Shown one piece after another: positions 59,932 to 64,000 of a stretch of DNA of 64,000 bases. The notes under the pieces were generated by a model. That model did not search any database and had not been told where the DNA came from. It saw only the letters and a program-made list of their open reading frames with translations. The stretch lies in the NCBI GenBank assembly GCA_963664705.1, contig OY761556.1, forward strand, positions 2,656,001-2,720,000, given 5' to 3'. Every line of letters begins with the position of its first letter. Position 1 is the stretch's first letter. The position numbers were made by a program, and so were the translations under genes. The DNA comes from Acidobacteriota bacterium. GTDB taxonomy: Bacteria; Acidobacteriota; UBA6911.

Positions 59932-61365
59932 CTAATCGATAGCCGCCAATACATCGGCACAAAACTTCTCGATTTTAAAACCGGCGCCGGCATCGAAGCC
60001 GCGCCGTACGATCACGGCCTTGTGTGATGGGATAATCATCGCATATTGTCCCTGGCCGCCGCTCGGGGAGTAGGCGTCTGCGGGAAGTCCTTCAATTCCG
60101 CCATAAATCCAGAATTGAGCACCATATCGTGCGCCCTTGCCTTCGGGCTGAACCGGTCCCATGGTTGAAACAAATTTCGACCAACCTTCCGGCAGAATGC
60201 GATTACCGTTCCATATGCCATCATTTAGATAGAGCAACCCAAATCTTGCGAAGTCCCGCGCAGAAGAATATGTTTGGCCAGACATCAAAAAGTCGCCATT
60301 CCAATCACTCGCAGGAGTGGTTCGCGTCATGCCTATTTTCCAGAAAAACTGCTGAAATGGCATCGCCCAAAAAGTTTTGTCATCTTTGACCGCCTCGCGC
60401 ACTGCACGCATCAGGAGCATCGTATCGGGCGGATTATAAAGAAAACGAGTGCCGGGCAGGGTATCGAGCATATTGGTAACTGCGCGGTCCGCAACGGTGG
60501 CACCACCGGCATAAATATCCGCCTGCGGACTGCCATCGCCTTCGCCATATAGCCCACTCGACATGTGGAGCAGATGACGCGCTGTGATGGCACTTCGCGG
60601 ATCGCCCGGTTTGCGCCACTCCTCAAGCGCTCCCGGGCGGTCGAGATTGAGTCCATATTTCCAGGTTGCGATCCCGACCAGTGAAGCCGCGAAGCTTTTG
60701 GCCGCCGAATGCGTTTGCGCTGACTGATGCATGTCGAAACCCATTGCATAGCGCTCTGCAACGATCTTGCCGTTTTTGACAACGATGATGCTCCAGGTGC
60801 GTCCCCCATAGGTCTTGCCGTCAAAGCCTGCTTCCACGATTGAGTTGAGCGTTCGCTGCTTCGTCTCCGGCAAATGGCCTATAGCGTTCGCATCTCCAAT
60901 AGGCCAATCTTGTGCGTCAAAATCCGGGCGCACAACATTTGCCGCCACCTGCGGCACAAATCGCAAATCGTCTTCGACCGCACCGATCGGCAACTGAACA
61001 CAGCCAAGAACCGGACGCCATGCCACAATGCGCGGCGGCATAACATCGGAATACCGGATAGAAACTATTTTATGCGAATAGTCGATATCGGTCTTCATGG
61101 ATTCCGTGCCGCCTGGGCCTCCATTGTCGGCATCGATCTGTTCGATACTTCGTCCGCCGTTCCACAGGCCGCTGCACAGCGCCACCGCCCGCGTTGCCGC
61201 CTGCGATGCTGCGAGCCGTCGAGCCGTGGGCCGGCCGCCGATGCCGAATGTGGTTTGTCCGGCCGCCGGAGGAGTTGGGCGCAAGGGATCTTGCTGCGCG
61301 CCGGTTACGCCAATGACACAAAAAAAAGCTGCAACACAAATACCGGCTCTGCGCACGGGATGCAT
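59932..61365 (-). CDS. Exported serine hydrolase, beta-lactamase class C / NylB-like fold
   Basis: SxxK motif SAAK, HLLHMSSGL, PGTRFLYN, RDFARFGLLYLNDG. Confidence 0.9.
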   Translation of the reverse strand: MHPVRRAGICVAAFFCVIGVTGAQQDPLRPTPPAAGQTTFGIGGRPTARRLAASQAATRAVALCSGLWNGGRSIEQIDADNGGPGGTESMKTDIDYSHKIVSIRYSDVMPPRIVAWRPVLGCVQLPIGAVEDDLRFVPQVAANVVRPDFDAQDWPIGDANAIGHLPETKQRTLNSIVEAGFDGKTYGGRTWSIIVVKNGKIVAERYAMGFDMHQSAQTHSAAKSFAASLVGIATWKYGLNLDRPGALEEWRKPGDPRSAITARHLLHMSSGLYGEGDGSPQADIYAGGATVADRAVTNMLDTLPGTRFLYNPPDTMLLMRAVREAVKDDKTFWAMPFQQFFWKIGMTRTTPASDWNGDFLMSGQTYSSARDFARFGLLYLNDGIWNGNRILPEGWSKFVSTMGPVQPEGKGARYGAQFWIYGGIEGLPADAYSPSGGQGQYAMIIPSHKAVIVRRGFDAGAGFKIEKFCADVLAAID

Positions 61366-61458
61366 AATGCCTCCAAATCAGGTTTCAGAATAATTGGATC
61401 TGCCGTTTGTATCCCTTCTTCAATCCGAATCGCTTTTTCGCGAGCCCGGGCGTCATAC

Positions 61459-63414
61459 TCACGGCCGTGGTCCATAGTGCGGAAGAGGCTGATCGACTTC
61501 ATACGCACCCAGGTCCGGCGCACGTCCAGTGAAATCGTCATTAATGTTTTGGAGTCGAGTCCCGCCATCCACGGCCGCCGCTCCCGGTCGGAGCCGGAAA
61601 TCAAATGCCTCGGGTTTATAGATTTTTTGCGGGTCGGCCGGATCTGGTGCCGAAATCCTCTGAAATACATCGTAATCGATCAGAATGCTGTGCTTGTCCT
61701 GGCCAGTGGCCTGGGTGAAAGCCTGGAGCGTTTTGAACTTCCGCTCTTCCCGTTTCGAAGTAAAATCCGCACGCGTCCCGAAAGGAGGAGAATTCCACAT
61801 GAAAGAAACATCGGCGTCCTCATTGGGACGGAACCCATTGTAGTCAGAGCTCGAGTAGTTGGTAAATGTATCAACCGTGAAAATTTCTGCGACTTCGCTT
61901 CGGCTGAGAATCAGGTTGTTGCGGAAATGCAAATTGGATACAGCCGAAAGCATCCATCGCGCAGGCGCAATCAGCGTGTTGTGATAGACCAGGATTCCCG
62001 ACGATCCATACATGAACTTCAAAGCTCCACCTTCCGGGACGTGGTACACAACATTGCGCATGAAGTACACCGGGCCGCCAAAGACAGGTTGAGTACTCAG
62101 CGCGCGATGAGCATCATTGAAGCACCGGTTGCGAAATACCCGGATGTTATGGGCAGCGCCGTCGGCCTCGATGCAGTTGTCGTCGACATTTGTGATGTCG
62201 TTATTGTAAAAATCTATCGAAACCGGCAGCCGGTCCCGAATCGGATTCGGCGTACCGTCCGGGTCGCCGTACGTGGCGTGATCGATCCCGTCATGAAAAT
62301 TGGCAACATAGTTATATGCAACCACATGGCCTGAACCATAAACCTTCACGGCAAACTCAGAAAGCATCCGGTTGGGAAACCCCGGGAGATTTCTCCAGGT
62401 ATTTCCGATCCAGCCCATCAGCACGTCGGATCTGTTCCTACCGACAAAAATATTGTCTGCGATATAATAGTCTTTTGAGCCGGACCAGTCGGTGTATATT
62501 CCACGGCCGATGTTTTCGAAGCGGCATTTCTTAACAGTAAGACCGCTGGAACCCGCAATATTCTTCAGCCCCGCCACAAATGCAATATCGGTATTGCGGA
62601 TGGTCAACCCCTCGAAGTAGTTGTAATTTGCGGCCATCACATTGAACAAGGTATGCGCCCCGTCGCCATCGAATATCACCTCTCCATCACCTGCAGACTT
62701 AATGACGATGGGTTTGTCGGCCGTTCCGCTTTGCGTCAGGAAAAACGTTCCATCCGATGGAGCGGTGCCCGCATCACCTCCCTGCGCGTAGGAAAACCGG
62801 TTGTCTTTGTATAAACCCGCATGCACAAGAATCGTATCGCCAGGCCTCACGCGTGGCGGAAACGTATTGTGATTATCCGTGTGCGAGGAGCCCATGAAAT
62901 ATGCGGCTCCCAATCCAGTGAAGGCTGGTATCTCTTTCGGGCCCTTATAGCCTCCAGGGTAGACATGATAAACCTGTCCTCCCGCGAATGGCATTGGTTC
63001 CGGGCGTGTGCGCACAGCAATCAGGTATTCCGCTTTTCCTCTAACGCCATCAGGATCGCTCAACACAAATCGGCACTCATATTCGGCTCCCGGGGTTAAA
63101 TCAAAGATGCTCCCAGCGAACATATTGGGCGCGGTATAGGACATGGGGCCGCTGATGGTCGGCTCGCGCTGCAGCCGCAATAATGGCAGCCCCTGTTTCC
63201 ATTCCTTTTTCCCCATCTGCCGATAAAAAACGGCGACTCCCGCATTTCGGTTATCATCGCCGTCTATCTGCCACTCAAATCCGAGGGAAATCAGGGTTGG
63301 AGGCTCCGCGATGAATTCTTTGGAAACAACGCCATCGCCCGCTTCAAGAGCATGTGCGAGAAACGGCAGAATGGACAATAGGATCGCGATTCGGCATTGT
63401 GCAAATATTCGCAT
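61459..63414 (-). CDS. Exported protein with Fn3-like N-domain and right-handed beta-helix (pectin-lyase-like fold)
   Basis: Motifs GSIFDLTPGAEYE, PGDTILVHAGLY, GTADKPIVIKSAG, repeated xxNN strands; C-terminal DFRLRPGAAAVDGG...APDLGAYE. Confidence 0.8.
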   Translation of the reverse strand: MRIFAQCRIAILLSILPFLAHALEAGDGVVSKEFIAEPPTLISLGFEWQIDGDDNRNAGVAVFYRQMGKKEWKQGLPLLRLQREPTISGPMSYTAPNMFAGSIFDLTPGAEYECRFVLSDPDGVRGKAEYLIAVRTRPEPMPFAGGQVYHVYPGGYKGPKEIPAFTGLGAAYFMGSSHTDNHNTFPPRVRPGDTILVHAGLYKDNRFSYAQGGDAGTAPSDGTFFLTQSGTADKPIVIKSAGDGEVIFDGDGAHTLFNVMAANYNYFEGLTIRNTDIAFVAGLKNIAGSSGLTVKKCRFENIGRGIYTDWSGSKDYYIADNIFVGRNRSDVLMGWIGNTWRNLPGFPNRMLSEFAVKVYGSGHVVAYNYVANFHDGIDHATYGDPDGTPNPIRDRLPVSIDFYNNDITNVDDNCIEADGAAHNIRVFRNRCFNDAHRALSTQPVFGGPVYFMRNVVYHVPEGGALKFMYGSSGILVYHNTLIAPARWMLSAVSNLHFRNNLILSRSEVAEIFTVDTFTNYSSSDYNGFRPNEDADVSFMWNSPPFGTRADFTSKREERKFKTLQAFTQATGQDKHSILIDYDVFQRISAPDPADPQKIYKPEAFDFRLRPGAAAVDGGTRLQNINDDFTGRAPDLGAYEVDQPLPHYGPRP

Positions 63415-63694
63415 GGTTCAAAACCTCCTATGTTTCGAGTCCTGCTCGCCCAAGGGGACCGCTGAACCGCGCTGCAAACGCCTGGAACCCGGCATCCTCA
63501 GCGGTTAATCCATCATCGATAGCGCGGGATGCCGATTCAAAATCTTTTCGTAGCCCGGTGCCAAAGTCACCATGGAATGCGGGTTCCCCGGAGCGCCTCC
63601 GTCTCAGCGGCCAGGCGCTCCGGCTTTGGGGCTGAAGCAAAACCCCAGGGACTCCACCTCCGGCAAGACACTTCTGTGTGCCGGCGACTACCGT

Positions 63695-64000
63695 TTACTT
63701 TGCCGATGTGCGCTTTTCGTTCTCCATAAACACATCGCAGACTGGCCGTCTCAAGCCTTCTTTGACAACCGGCCCGGCATCCATGAAATCAACATAAGCG
63801 CGCCTGGTTGCATCGAACTTCGGCCATTTCACCAGGCTTGCCCCGTTAGGATCGCCGGTCTTGGCAAAGTTGATCCAATACTGGCGTAGCATCTTCCCAT
63901 ATTGCTGATCCGAATCGTCGTAATGCCGCATTTGTTGCCACACGGAAAAGGTACCGAAAATAAATGGGATTTCAGAGGCGTGAGCGGCGCCCTGAGCTTC
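63695..64000 (-). CDS. C-terminal part of a type-B carboxylesterase (runs off the window end)
   Basis: Frame is open to the window edge: EAQGAAHASEIPFIFG...YWINFAKTGDPNG. Confidence 0.9.
   Translation of the reverse strand, partial: EAQGAAHASEIPFIFGTFSVWQQMRHYDDSDQQYGKMLRQYWINFAKTGDPNGASLVKWPKFDATRRAYVDFMDAGPVVKEGLRRPVCDVFMENEKRTSAK

Noticed and set aside
59932-61365. Antibiotic-resistance beta-lactamase
   Set aside because: It has SxxK but lacks the class C YxN and KTG motifs (reads YNP and SGG); more like an esterase or amidase of that fold.
60874-62334. 486-aa plus-strand ORF
   Set aside because: It is antisense to two well-supported minus-strand genes and has no recognisable motifs; a shadow ORF.
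63432-63455. tRNA-like 3' fragment (TTCGAGTCCTGC) as a possible att site
   Set aside because: No matching T-stem 5' arm, no cloverleaf and no integrase nearby.

Overview
Gene-dense bacterial catabolic region with about 45 CDS. I found no rRNA, tRNA, CRISPR array or transposase. The host is inferred to be an anaerobic or facultative member of Acidobacteriota, based on an Oar-like TonB-dependent receptor, Gly/Pro/Met-rich linkers, a glycyl-radical enzyme and Fe-S dehydratases. About 18 genes encode predicted ester, amide or lactone hydrolases, mostly exported: 7 type-B carboxylesterases, 3 CE1-type esterases, 2 CocE/NonD, 2 GxSCG hydrolases and 4 singletons. I recognised no glycoside hydrolase. 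Main observations: (1) two apparent ORFs at 16.5-18.3 kb are probably one exported UGSC-family selenoprotein, with an in-frame TGA-GGG-TCC-TGC followed by a hairpin; (2) an 18-bp palindrome, TGTCAYA-N4-TRTGACA, occurs 8 times in intergenic DNA over about 36 kb, four times at a fixed distance from a -10 box, outlining a candidate regulon around a YtrA/PlmA-like GntR; (3) an orphan glycyl-radical enzyme has a GCVQ Cys loop; (4) a CoA-transferase/CapA/2-hydroxyacyl-CoA-dehydratase module has no activase; (5) two CocE/NonD paralogues carry a tannase-like Cys-Ser...His-Cys arrangement. All family calls come from motifs recognised by eye; no database search was run.
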